A stretch of 64,000 nt of DNA, taken from assembly GCA_030390025.1 (NCBI GenBank), contig CM059432.1, positions 94,862,001 to 94,926,000 on the forward strand, in the 5' to 3' direction. The notes beneath the pieces were generated by a model, which was given only the letters and a program-made list of their open reading frames with translations, was not told the origin of the DNA and made no database searches. The translations under genes were made by a program, and so were the position numbers. Below are positions 45,511-57,166 of this stretch, in pieces. The stretch is from Squalus acanthias. Taxonomy: Eukaryota. Positions within the stretch are counted from its first letter, which is position 1. Every line of letters starts with the position of its first letter.

Positions 45511-45924
45511 ATTAAGTGGTTTTTAATATATTAAAAAGTTCACATTCCATGTTACTTAAATTTACATTTTGGATGAATGACCCACCCCACTAACTAGTAA
45601 TTTAACCAGTTGAGTTGATCAATATATTTATATTCTCTCTCGCCCTTACCCCAGCTCCCATCCTCTCTCTTTTCTCTCCCTCTTGTAATATTATTGGCTG
45701 TAAAGCACTTTGGGACGTCTGGTGGTCGTGAAAGGCACTATATAAATGCAAGTCTTTTTTCTTTTTATTACTCTGCCCATTCCATCCCATATTCTAGCTC
45801 CTTTCTTTGCCTCCCTCTTGATCTATTACCGACGACTTTCCTTTTGACTCCAGAAAAAAGTATGTTACAACAATCTCCATCACTTCTCTCCTCTTGTGCT
45901 AGTTCAAGGACCATCATTAGTTGT

Positions 45925-46200
45925 CATTAATATCCAACTGATTTTCAGTATGTGTCTAGCACCATAACTCAAATGCCTCCAATTTTCTTTCTTCAGTGTT
46001 CAGGGTCCAGTTTTTACATCTGTACAGTGTTGTTGAGTGCACAAGATAATTATGTTGTGAGAGGCCATTCAGCTCATCTCTGGTTATCCATTTGGAAGAT
46101 TCCTGAAGTCTCTGCATTGCACCCTCCAATTGTTTCTTCAATGATTCCTGGGCTTTCGCCGACCCTACTCTCTATGGGAGGACATTCCAGGTGTTCATCA
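45925..46200 (-). mobile_element. RTE-clade LINE fragment
   Basis: Peptide TLYRCKNWTLNTEERKLEAFELWC resembles the RTE/BovB C-terminal Y-CE-WT...AFE-WC motif. Confidence 0.6.
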
Positions 46201-46409
46201 CTTCTTCTTGATACTGATTCTAAATTTACCTTTTACTAGTTTAAACCTGTGATCCCCTGATTTACACTCTCCCCTTAATTTAAAATAATTTACCTTTTAT
46301 GAGCTTAAACCACGGTACAGGTTTTTCTGTACCAAGTTCTGACAAGATGACCTGCATTTTACTTTGTTGCTTACAGTTGGAACTTAATACTAAACATATC
46401 ACTGACGTG

Positions 46410-47790
46410 TTTTTTTTTACTTATTCACATGTCGCTGGCAAAGCCAGCATTTATTGCCCATCCCTAATTGCCCTTGAGAAGGTGGTGGTGAGCCACCATC
46501 TTGAACCGGTGCAGTCTGTGTGGTGAAGGTACTCCCACAGTGCTGTGAGGTAGGGAGTTCCAGGATTTTGACCCAGTGACGATGAAGGAACGGCGATATA
46601 TTTCCAAGTCGGGTTGATGTGTGACTTGGACCGGAACTTGGAAGCGATGGTGTTCCCATGTGCCTGCTGCCCTTGTCCTTCTAGGTGGAAGAGGTCACGG
46701 GTTTGGGAGGTGCTGTCAAAGAAGCCTTGGCGAGTTGCTGCAGTAGATCTTGTAGATGGTACACACTGCAGCCATGTTGCACTGGTGGTGGAGGAAGTGA
46801 ATGCTTAAGGTGGTGGATGGGGTGCCAATCAAGTGGGCTGTTTTGTCCTGGATGGCATTGAGCTTCTTGAGTGTTGTTGGAGCTGCACTCATCCAGGCAA
46901 GTAGAGAGTATTCCATCATACTCCTGACTTGTGCCTTGTAGATGGTGGAAAGGCTTTGGGGAGTCGGGTGGTGAGTCACTCGCCACAGAATACCCAGCCT
47001 CTGACTTGCTCTTGTAGCCACAGTATTTATGTGGCTGGTCCAGTTAAGTTTCTGGTCAATGGCGACCCCCAGGATGTTGATGGTGGGGGATTAGACAATG
47101 GTAATGTCATTGAATGTCAAGGGGAGGTGGCTAGACTTTCTCTTGTTGGAGATGGTCATTGCCTGGTACTTCTGTGGCACGAATGTTACCTGCCACTTAT
47201 CAGCCCATGCCTGAATCTTGTACAGGTATTGCTGCATGTGGGCTCGGACTGCTTCATTATCTGAGACGTTGCAAATGGAACTGAACACTGCAATCATTAC
47301 AAACATCTCTACTTCTGATCTTAATATGGAGAGAAGGTCATTGATGAAGCAACTGAAGATGATTGAGCCTAGGACATTGCCCTGAGGAACTCCTGCAGCA
47401 CTGTCCTGGGGCTGAGATGATTGACCTCCAACAACCACCTTTCTTCGTGCAGGTATGACTCCAGGCAGTGGAGAGCTTTCTCCCGATTCCCACTGACTTA
47501 AATTTTACTGGACTCCTTGATGTCAAGGGTAGTCACTCTCACCTCTGGAATTCAGCTCTTTTGTCCATGTTTGGACCAAGGCTGTAATAAGGTCTGAAGC
47601 CGAGTGGTCCTGGCAGATCCCAAACTGGGCACTGGTGAGTAAGTGCTGCTTGATAGCATTGTTGACGACACCTACTATCACTTTGCTGAGTAGACTGATG
47701 GGGCGGTAATTGGCTGGATTGGATTTGTCCTGCTTTTTGTGGACAGGACATACCTGGGCAATTTTCCACGTTGTTGGGTAGATGCCAGAG
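46410..47790 (-). mobile_element. 5'-truncated copy of the second CR1-clade family
   Basis: Colinear with 19465-20835; AGVPQGNVLG motif. Confidence 0.87.
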
Positions 47791-47984
47791 TCTAATAGTG
47801 CATTTATACTGGTATAGAAGGGTTCACACCGAAAGCCTAAGGATTGGCGTTGCTGCCTGCACCCTCTTTAGTGTTGGTACTGGTGTTCTAAGGGCAGTGG
47901 TCATGGGAGTAACGGATTGAGATTAACATTTGTGTAATTCCCAATATTTGGCTCTGGAATTGTACTGTGTAAACCGATTCAATT

Positions 47985-49420
47985 AAAAGAACATAAGAAA
48001 AGTTAAGAGTGAAAAAAGGCTATTTGGCCCATCTATGTTTAACCTTCTAACTGCTATTATAATATCCAGGATTGTAGCTAGCAATTTGAAGTTTTAGGCA
48101 CACCAGCTGATGTCCTATCCCTGACTTGTGTTCTATTCTTTTTGGTAATGTAGTTCAACATTCTCTTGGCTTTGTTGATCGCTGTTTTATATTGGTTGGA
48201 TATGTTGAGCCCTGAATCTAGTAAAACTCCTGGATCTTTTTCAGCTTCATTCTTGGCTATTTCAACACCATTCATGGCGTACATGTTGGCCATTTTTCAT
48301 CATTCCTTGTCCCATCAGAATCTTTCCAGTCACAGCCAAAACACTTTTTCATTGCTTTTAGGTGTTATGTCTTGCATGGCATCAGTATATACCAAATTCT
48401 GTTCTCTCTTTATAGATGTCAGCCTTGGCTTGGTGACCGTTCTCGAGCCAGAAGGTCAGGAGTTTAAGCCCCACTCCACAGACGCACACATAACCTAGGC
48501 TGATAGTTCAGTGCAGTCTTTCAGATGAGCTGCTAAACGGAGACCCCATCTGCCTTCTCGGGTTGACAGATGAAAGATTGCATGGCACTATTGGAAAAAG
48601 AGCAGGGAATTTCTCCCAGTGTCCTAGCCAAAGTTTATCTCTTGACCAACATCAGTGAAACCAATTATTTGGTTGTAAATCTGTGTGCAAATTGGATGCT
48701 ATGTTTGTCGACATTACAACAGTGACTGCAATTCAAAAATACTTAATTGGCTATGAAGTGCTTTTGGATGTCCTGAAGTTGTGAAAAGTGCTGTATATAT
48801 GCAATCTCTCTTTTTTTCCTTTCTGACTAGTTCTTTACATTTGTCAGGATTAAACTTCATCTGCCATTGTTCTCCTTTTTTGACTGGCTCATCCTGTAAT
48901 TTTTGAGCTGCCTTCTCCAATTCCACTGGCCCTCCATGTTTGGTATCATCTGCAAAATTGACCAATTTGCATTGGCTTTCTGAGTCCAAATCACTTGTGC
49001 AGATTAGGAACAGCAGTGGTCCCAACACTGATTCCTGGGCCATCCCAGTCCTCCAACAAACACGGATGTAATTTCTTTAATAAGTACCTGCTGTTTTCCA
49101 CCTTCTGCCAATTTCTTATTTACCCTGAATACCCACAATTTGGGGATTAACTAATGGCCTTTTTTGTGGACCAGTGACAAATACCTTCAGGATGTCTAGA
49201 TACACCAGATCATCGGACTTAGCGCAGTTCACTTGGGATATAACTTCCTTAAGAAGTTAAGATGATTGGCCAGGCATAAATCCATATTGTTTGCTGTTAA
49301 TTAAGTTAATATTGTACAGATGATCTTCATGTGTACACCTGATAATTGATTCCATTATTTTACGTGGGATTGAACAAAGACCAACAGGGTCTGTAGTTGG
49401 TACTTTCACCTTTTGAATAT
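47985..49420 (-). mobile_element. Highly decayed CR1 fragments
   Basis: QESVLGPLLFLI...VNFADDTK...WQMKFNPDKC; agaacataagaa tail. Confidence 0.7.
48420..48812 (+). mobile_element. Decayed Deu-domain SINE nested in a CR1 fragment
   Basis: Head, core and tail similar to 3234-3650. Confidence 0.65.
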
Positions 49421-49739
49421 CTAACACTACCATCATGCTTCTAATCAACTTGATTTTGTAGTTGGTTGTATAGAAGCTTTTTTATATTGTTCAATGCTTT
49501 ATTTTTAGTTGCTATCCTCTGTTTAGCTTGTCACTTCATCCACTGCATGTATATTATGTACACGTGGCATGTACTAATTGAACCAGTCAGCCAATTTAAT
49601 GCTGACTGGAATGGGTCGTGCAAACCTTATAAACACTATTTAAGCCTGACCATATATGTAAGTTTGAAAATTGTATAAAATTTAGTGTAGCTGCCTTAAT
49701 GGGCCAAATCTTGCTGGAGCAAGGCACCGTTAGTTAGAC

Positions 49740-50040
49740 TTTTTTTTATTTGTTCCTGGGATGTGGGTATGGCTGGCAAGGCCAGCATTTATTGTCCATC
49801 CCTAATTGCCCTTGAGAAGGTGGTGGTGAGCAGCCGCCTTGAACCGTTGCAGTCCATGTGGTGAAGATACTCCCACAGTGCTGTTAGGGAGGGAGTTCCA
49901 CGATTCTGACCCAGCGACGATGAAGGAACAGTGATATATTTCCAAGTCAGGATGGTATATGACTTGGAGGTGATAGTGTTCCCATGCGCCTGCTGCCCTT
50001 GTCCTTCTAGGTGGTAGAGGTCGCGGGTTTGGGAGGTGCT
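49740..50040 (-). mobile_element. 3' fragment of the second CR1-clade family nested in a probable MITE (~49701-50665)
   Basis: Colinear with 19465-19775. Flanks begin gggccaaatcttgctgg and continue with related sequence after the insertion. Confidence 0.75.
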
Positions 50041-52147
50041 ATTTCCTGCACCCTTCAGCTCAAAACTTTTTTGCTCTAAGTTGCTGGAACTGCGAGCTGA
50101 TAATGGCTTGGTGAGGACAATGGGGCATCTGGGACCTTGGGGAACAGTCTATCTCCTTAGTCAACGAGATTTATGGATTGTAAAAGAAATAGAGGTGACG
50201 TAGGTGGAGGGTGAATTAGAGTGGGTGAATTAAAGTCAAATCAGGAACAGAAAGAGAAATAGAGTGAAAGAAAGATTGGAAAAATCTCGAAGAATTTACT
50301 ACAAGCAGGAATGAGACTCAACAGTTTAAATTGTTCCCTTTCTGGGCCGGAGAGGTTGCTTGACATCACATTAATAATGATCACGTCATTAAAAGGGTAC
50401 TTGCGCTATAAAGTACCAGCCCTAACTTTCTGCAGCGAGTTTAATTTAAGTTTTATGTGCAAATCCAGCAAGTTCTTAAAAATTAACAGTGAGCTTGAGG
50501 GCTAGCTGGTTTTTGTGCAATGCAAACGGTGGAGCGGCGTAAATTGACCAGCAAGTTAATGGCGATTCGCAACTCACGGCATATCTCTTCTTCGCCTGAA
50601 CTTGCTGGCCAATTTACGCATTAATATCGGCGTACATCGTGAACTCTCTGTTATTTTTTCTTTTTAGCTAAAATCTTGAATTAGTAGCATTCTGTTAAAA
50701 ATTAAATCACTCTCCAACTGTTTTCACTGCTACCCACTTACAATCACTACTCATCTAATTCCCTGATGTGCTTTATTCAGTTCCTATCCTGAGTAATGAA
50801 TGCACTGTTCAACTCGTGTCAGTCAGTAGCTGCAGCTGCATTGCAGATGTCTGAGAGTACCTCTATGAAGGTGACAAAAGGATGTTCAAGGGTACTGCTG
50901 TAGAACCACTAACACATTCGCTGGAATACATTTGAGTTACTATCTCTGATTCTTGATATGCTAGCTATACATTTTGTCTTTTGCATGTCTTGTACTCTGA
51001 CTGCATACGCTGTTTCAAGATTTGAAATCTGTTGAAAAGAGCAGCATTTTAAATTTAATGCTGTGTATACATTTTGGGGAGAGGGGATTATAGGAAGATT
51101 GTCCCGTTACTGTAGTATTCAATTATTTCAAATTGATCTCAAAGCAGTACAACATTTTTTATATGTAGGTGTATGTATAATTTTCCAAATCAAAGGCAGA
51201 TTTTCTAAATCAAAATGTGCAGTTCATACTGAATGCTGTATTAAATTCATGAGTATTTTAGTACTGATATTAAAATATACTTAGAACCAAATATGTAAGT
51301 TACAGACAGGTTTTTTCCTGAATCCAATGAGATTTTTTGCAAAATATGTGGTTGTGTTCATAAGGCAGTACAGCTATTGCATCAATCAAAACATTATAAC
51401 CCCAGTATATTGTTTTCAAGTTAATGACTTTTAAGATTGTACCATGCCAGCAATTTGCTTTTGATTTAAAATTTGGGGTACTGCATAAAACATGTTTCAG
51501 CTTTCCTGTGTAGTATTCCATTGTCTGATATCTAAGATTTTTGTTTTTGCTTTTGCGAATATTAAAACTGTTGTGCACCCTCTCTATACGGGTTAATGTG
51601 TCATTCAGTCACCCTCCAGGTAGAACAGCCAATATAGCTTTTTTCTGCTAGCTTTAATGCTTCAGAGGCAGTATCATGATTTATGTAATGCTCACCATCA
51701 GTGATGATAAATTCTAGTACCTTTTTAATCGTGCATTTTAAAAACTTAAAGTAGAGATTTTAGTTTCAGTCCTTTTTTCTTTAATGGAATGCAACAAAAA
51801 TGGTTGACTTGTTCACACAATGGCATTTCACGACACCAATTCAGATGAGTAACTTTTAACACTCTAGTTCATTTCAGTTAAAATACAGTACATCTATACA
51901 GTGTGTTTTATAAACAAATATACAGACAAGTACCAATTGCAGTGAAAGCAAGGGCCATAGCATTGGGTTTGGAGTCGTCTCTTGTACAAGTGGTTCGATT
52001 TGGATCTTTATATAAAAATCAAATCTTTGAAAATGATTTACATTATATAATGCATTAGCTAACCAAGGCATCTGGGTTGACATTAGTAACATACCAATGG
52101 TAATGACAGTGAGTGGATATTGTTTTCACTCCTCCTTCTAGTTGTGA

Positions 52148-52235
52148 TCAATGCATAGCTACAGCTGGTTGAAGGGGACCAAATCCATTGAACAGTTGAT
52201 TTGGTTCCATTTTACCAGCTTCAGCAAAGCATTGG
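52148..52235 (-). ncRNA. MIR133A: pre-miRNA mir-133a (positional ortholog of mir-133a-1)
   Basis: Minus strand has mature 3p UUUGGUCCCCUUCAACCAGCUG (52183-52162) and 5p AGCUGGUAAAAUGGAACCAAAU (52220-52199) in a fold-back. A CNNC motif (CAAC) lies 18 nt downstream of the 3p end. Confidence 0.98.
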
Positions 52236-55200
52236 CTGTTGAGAAGTTGGCCAAAAAAAAGCGCAAAATCTCTTCTCGAGAGGCAGCACTTGCATTGAAC
52301 TTTTTTTCTATTTGATTTTCTTTGAAAGTGTTTTCACCCGTAATTACTTGATGTTTCAATGAAAATGTAAAAATGTATGACAGCAGCTTGGTTAATAATG
52401 AACACAACATACTGAATATTCTAATTTTGTTAATTTTAAATGTTTTTATCTCATTTCTCAATCAGTAGTTTTGAATTTGTTTGTCTCTAAAAGACTTGAT
52501 TTTTTTTCCCTAAAATGTGCAATATTTGTTTTGTAATTCTACGTAGGATGATGTAAAAATGTAGACGTATTGAGCGTCACTTTTGAATTTCTTTATTTTT
52601 TTAAATTTTATTCCAAAGTGTACTTTGGTGATGAAAGTTACAATGAAGAAAATATTGAGCTCCATTGTTTGATCTGTTTTTAATCATTCTTATGATGTTC
52701 AAAATTCATGTTTGAAGAAACTATATGAAACATTGTGAGATTATTAAAATCAGATGTTCAAATCATATTTACCTACTTTTAAATTTAAGGTGGGTAGGCA
52801 GAAGAAATTAGGAAGTCTTTTACAATGCAAGAACCTGGACATTCTAGGACTTTCTGGTGCAGTAACAACAATTTGCATTTATATAGAGTTCTTTGTTTAA
52901 CTGTCTTGGAACAAAAGATGGACAACCAGCAGTGAAAGGAGGAAAGTTTAAGAGGTGTTTGAAGAGAGGGAGGTAGCAAGGCAAAGTGATTTAGAGAAGG
53001 GGCATGGTGCCTGAGATATCCACTTCCAATGTTTGAGCAAAGGTGGCAGTTATGTTGAGGTTCCATTTCCAATGGCTTCCTCAATACCATTTCAATGTCC
53101 ATATAATCCATTACACAAATCTTGTCTTAACGTAATGACACTAAAAATCTAGAAAATCTCATAACTACTGTATAATTTACACTGATGCTGTGTTACAAAG
53201 GTGAATGTTCCATTTTACAATGGTGTTTCCTGCTCTCTTCTCCCCCACCTTTAGTGGAACATTTTGCACAGTTCATCTCTATATCCTTGGCCTTAAAACT
53301 CAGCCTTACGTAAACAGATATTTTCCTTGGTGGTTTTTTGGATCACTTGTTTGACAGCATTGCCTTGTTGAAAATGTTTCAATGGATAAATAGAGATGTC
53401 ATATCCTGTGTGGATCATAATGTCTGATATCACATCTTTTGGAATCATTTCTTGTCCTGGTAAAGTGTACATATTTTTTTTTAATTCAGAGTCTGTTGGC
53501 ACACTATCACTGCCAGTTGATACAGGTGCAATGTAGCTGGAACAGCAGTGACAAAGTCAGCTGTAAATTGGTGCTATTAATATCCACTGTGGTAGTGTAC
53601 TTGGACAGCTTAGGCTGCTGTGGGTGCCTGGTTGAAGAGCAGTGTACTTTCATGCAATGGCCATATCTGGGCATGAAGAGACATTTGAACATGCAGTGTA
53701 ATACTTCATAATGTCAATGTCTGTTCACCATGTCAATCAGACATCTGAAAATCTTTGAGTTGCAATGGTGTCAGTAAATGTTCAGACTTCTGTTATATCT
53801 GTTGAATGAACTGGTCAAGCTCGTCAGGTTGAGAGATGTGACATTTTGGATACTTGATTGAAACAATGTTATTACAAGAAGTATTTGTCCCTTTTTTTTA
53901 AAAATGTGTCCGCAGTTATTCAAAAATCGTTGATTCTCCATATGCAACCTTTGTAATCCCGTGATCTTTAAAGTTCTATTTTGTAGTTCTCTGTAAATGT
54001 GTTTGGTGTTAAATACATAACAAACGATTTCTAAGCCATTTTTGACTTGAATATAGCCAGAGCACGTGACTTTGAGCACTAGAAGGTACTTTTCAGATTC
54101 TGTAAATATTTTTCAATTAAGGTGGTCTAAAATGCTCCTTGCATACAAGTCAAGTGTGAGTGCAATAGAGTACCTCAGTTTCTGGTATACTTGTAATAAA
54201 GAAAATTCAAATTTGCATTGATTTTCTGATGCGATGTAGAAACTGCTGCTAGTTTCTCAGTTAAGTATAAAGATTTTATTGACTTCAGACTAGCAGTAGA
54301 GTATTCTTAGTTGTGTTGCATTGATAAGTGAGATAAGCTCCTACAATTAATACTTTTATTTGCTTAAATCTATGAAGCTTTAGAGAATGTCAAACTTGAC
54401 ATTAAGTAAAAGAATCTGAACAGATGCAGAAATATAAATTATAAATATATCTCAGCACAAAATTCTGTACAGTTTCTAACATTTTGGAACTGTTGTGTGA
54501 AAATATAATTTAGCTTTATATTTGTATGTATATTTATGGCGTGTGCACATATTGCACACATAACCATCAGTTATAGGAACTTGAGGGATGTAATGATTTG
54601 TGTTCTTAGAATTTGCTTTTTAGAAACTTTAAATTTTGCTGACTTCTTGCTACAGTACTTGGTAGACATGTGAAATATTATTGTGCTCTTGTTTTTCACT
54701 CTTTATCCAGTGTGTTTAAGTTTTCACACTTTTTAGAGAAGTTGGCTTGTGACAAACAGCTCTATCTGTTTTTTGGCACATTCCTGTAGTGTTATGCTGT
54801 GCAGGTCAGTATGACAAACTTAGAGCAATACTTCTATGTGGATATTACTGAGGAGCATTCTTCAGTGAGTGTGCAGTCGGGTTATAAAATATTTACCAAG
54901 TTAACAGCCTCGTGTCTCTATGTTCACAGTTGGTTGTACTGTACAGTTTTTAATAAACACAGCTTGGTGTTCTGGAATGTAATTGTCGCAGTAGAAGTTT
55001 TTTTTTGTTAATCTGTGAAGCTATGAACAATCAAAGTCAGTTGGCTGGCAGACATGGCCTGGAAAAGTCTGCATTGTCAGTTCAAAAAAGGTGGTGGGGG
55101 AGGGAGGACAAAAAGCTAAATGTGCAGTTCTTTTTTGTTAATCGAGCTTAATCACTGAAACATTCAACAAGGATTAGTGAATGTTGGTAAACAACAGCTT

Positions 55201-57083
55201 TGAAAAACATGAATTGAACAATATAATGTTTTAAACCATTTAAAGAATCTTCTCCTGCTGCCACTGAACCAAATTGCTATTAAAAATGCAAATAGCACTT
55301 GATTTATTGCAGATTTTACCATTTTTAGATCTCTATTAATTTTAAGACTACGTCGAATGCTTATGCTTCTAATTAATTTTGGAGTTGCAGTTTATTTTGC
55401 AATTTTAAACTTTTCTGTGAAAATGTAAAACTGCATTTTCAGCTTCAGGAAAGGAGAAGGATGGATTGAAGGCTTGTGGAATGGATTAACTTTTGAATCC
55501 CTCAAATAGTTGAAGTTGTTAACTCAGTAACTCAATCATAAAAAAAGTTATTAACTTCATGGGAAGTTTTCAAATTTGCAGAAACTGTACAATTATTTTC
55601 CATGCAGAAGAATGTACAGGGACTTTAGGTTGTTCATTTAGTAAATATTTTGTAATCTGATTGCACACACACTTAGCCAAACTTTTGCAACATTAGTTCA
55701 ACCTTCAAAAATTAAGCTTGCAGATAGCTTGAATCTTGTATGCAGTGTAAAAGCTGAGAAAGGAGTACAGTATTCCAGACTAATATGTTAAGGCTATTTC
55801 ACCTATGGCTTTCCTCCAAACCCTCCATACTTTGTTTGCATTTTGGAAGTTTTTGGCCTTGTCCTTTTTTAATAAACTGATGAGCTCTGGAAAACTATAA
55901 ATTACTGTTTAATCTGTTAACATGCTGAATGTGCTGCAACTCTATGCAAATACTGTGACTAACATTTGAAAAACTCCCCATTTAATTAATTTTAAAATCT
56001 TATAACACTTTTGGAATATTGTACTGTGGTTTCTGTCCATCTTTCACGATTTTTAAAATAAACACAAGCATTGTGGGATTTATTATACATACTAATGGTA
56101 TAACAGTTTTTGACATGTAATGGTTTATTAAAAATAAACTAAAAGAGCTAAACTCATTATTATAGGCCCTGATTTTAATTTAACTTGCAAATCATTTCAT
56201 TTTACTCAGAGAATTACTGGCCTTCATTTTGTAATTATGTTCTGCGTCCTTTCAAATCATGTTTTTTGTGTGTGGGTGTAAAAGAAAGGAAGGTATCCTA
56301 TGTTGTATTGAACAAACAAGAAACAAAACAATTTAAGAAGCTCAAAGAACTAAAGGCACACTGTATTGATACCTTAAAAATACTCAGTTGCTGTGAATAT
56401 CCAATATATAGTTTGTTTGTCACTGTGTTACTAGAACTAGTAGTACAAGCTCTGCTTTACTCTCTTTCGCACTGTATTGAATGTTCTGTGGAATTCTAGG
56501 GTGATGGTGCTGAAATTGCATACTTTGTTTTCAGTAGCCCAATACTTGCTGTGATTTAGAATCCATTATCTGTTTTACTTGAATGTGTAGTTGCTAAATT
56601 AAGTTTGAGAGACTGCACATTGTTCTATATGCTGAACATTTTCTGTTTGATATTAAAGCTTTTTGTGCTAGAAGACATTTAATTTTTAATATTTCTGGGT
56701 CTTCGATTCTGTTGTATGATTTTTAAGAATTAAAATAAATGTGTATATCTTGTAGTAATTTTAGCAACAGTCTTCAATTACCTGCGCAATTTGTATACTT
56801 AAAATTGTACTGGGTACTCAATTAATGGACAGCTGGTTTAAAGCGTGATGCTTACATCCACATTTTCCTTTTTTTTTTAATGGCATTGGGTAAAGCAGAA
56901 GGTATTGGTCAGTGGCTTTCAACCAAGTTTGTTAACTTGTAAATTGTGTTTTGAATTCCGTAAGGGGGAAAAAAAGCATTGGAGTATATCTTGCTTACAC
57001 AACAGCTATGCAAGGGCTTGTGTGTTTTCCATTCTATGTTTTGGTCCACTTTATGTGCCCTTGTTCTTCTTGGTTGTTCATTG

Positions 57084-57166
57084 CCTACCAGAAATACATA
57101 CTTCTTTACATTCCATAGTTGTTTAAGTTCATATGGGCATATAAAGAAGTATGTGTTCCAGGCAGG
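57084..57166 (-). ncRNA. MIR1: pre-miRNA mir-1 (positional ortholog of mir-1-2)
   Basis: Minus strand has mature 3p UGGAAUGUAAAGAAGUAUGUAU (57115-57094) and 5p ACAUACUUCUUUAUAUGCCCAU (57154-57133) in a hairpin. CAAC lies 18 nt downstream of the 3p end. Upstream of mir-133a on the same strand. Confidence 0.98.
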
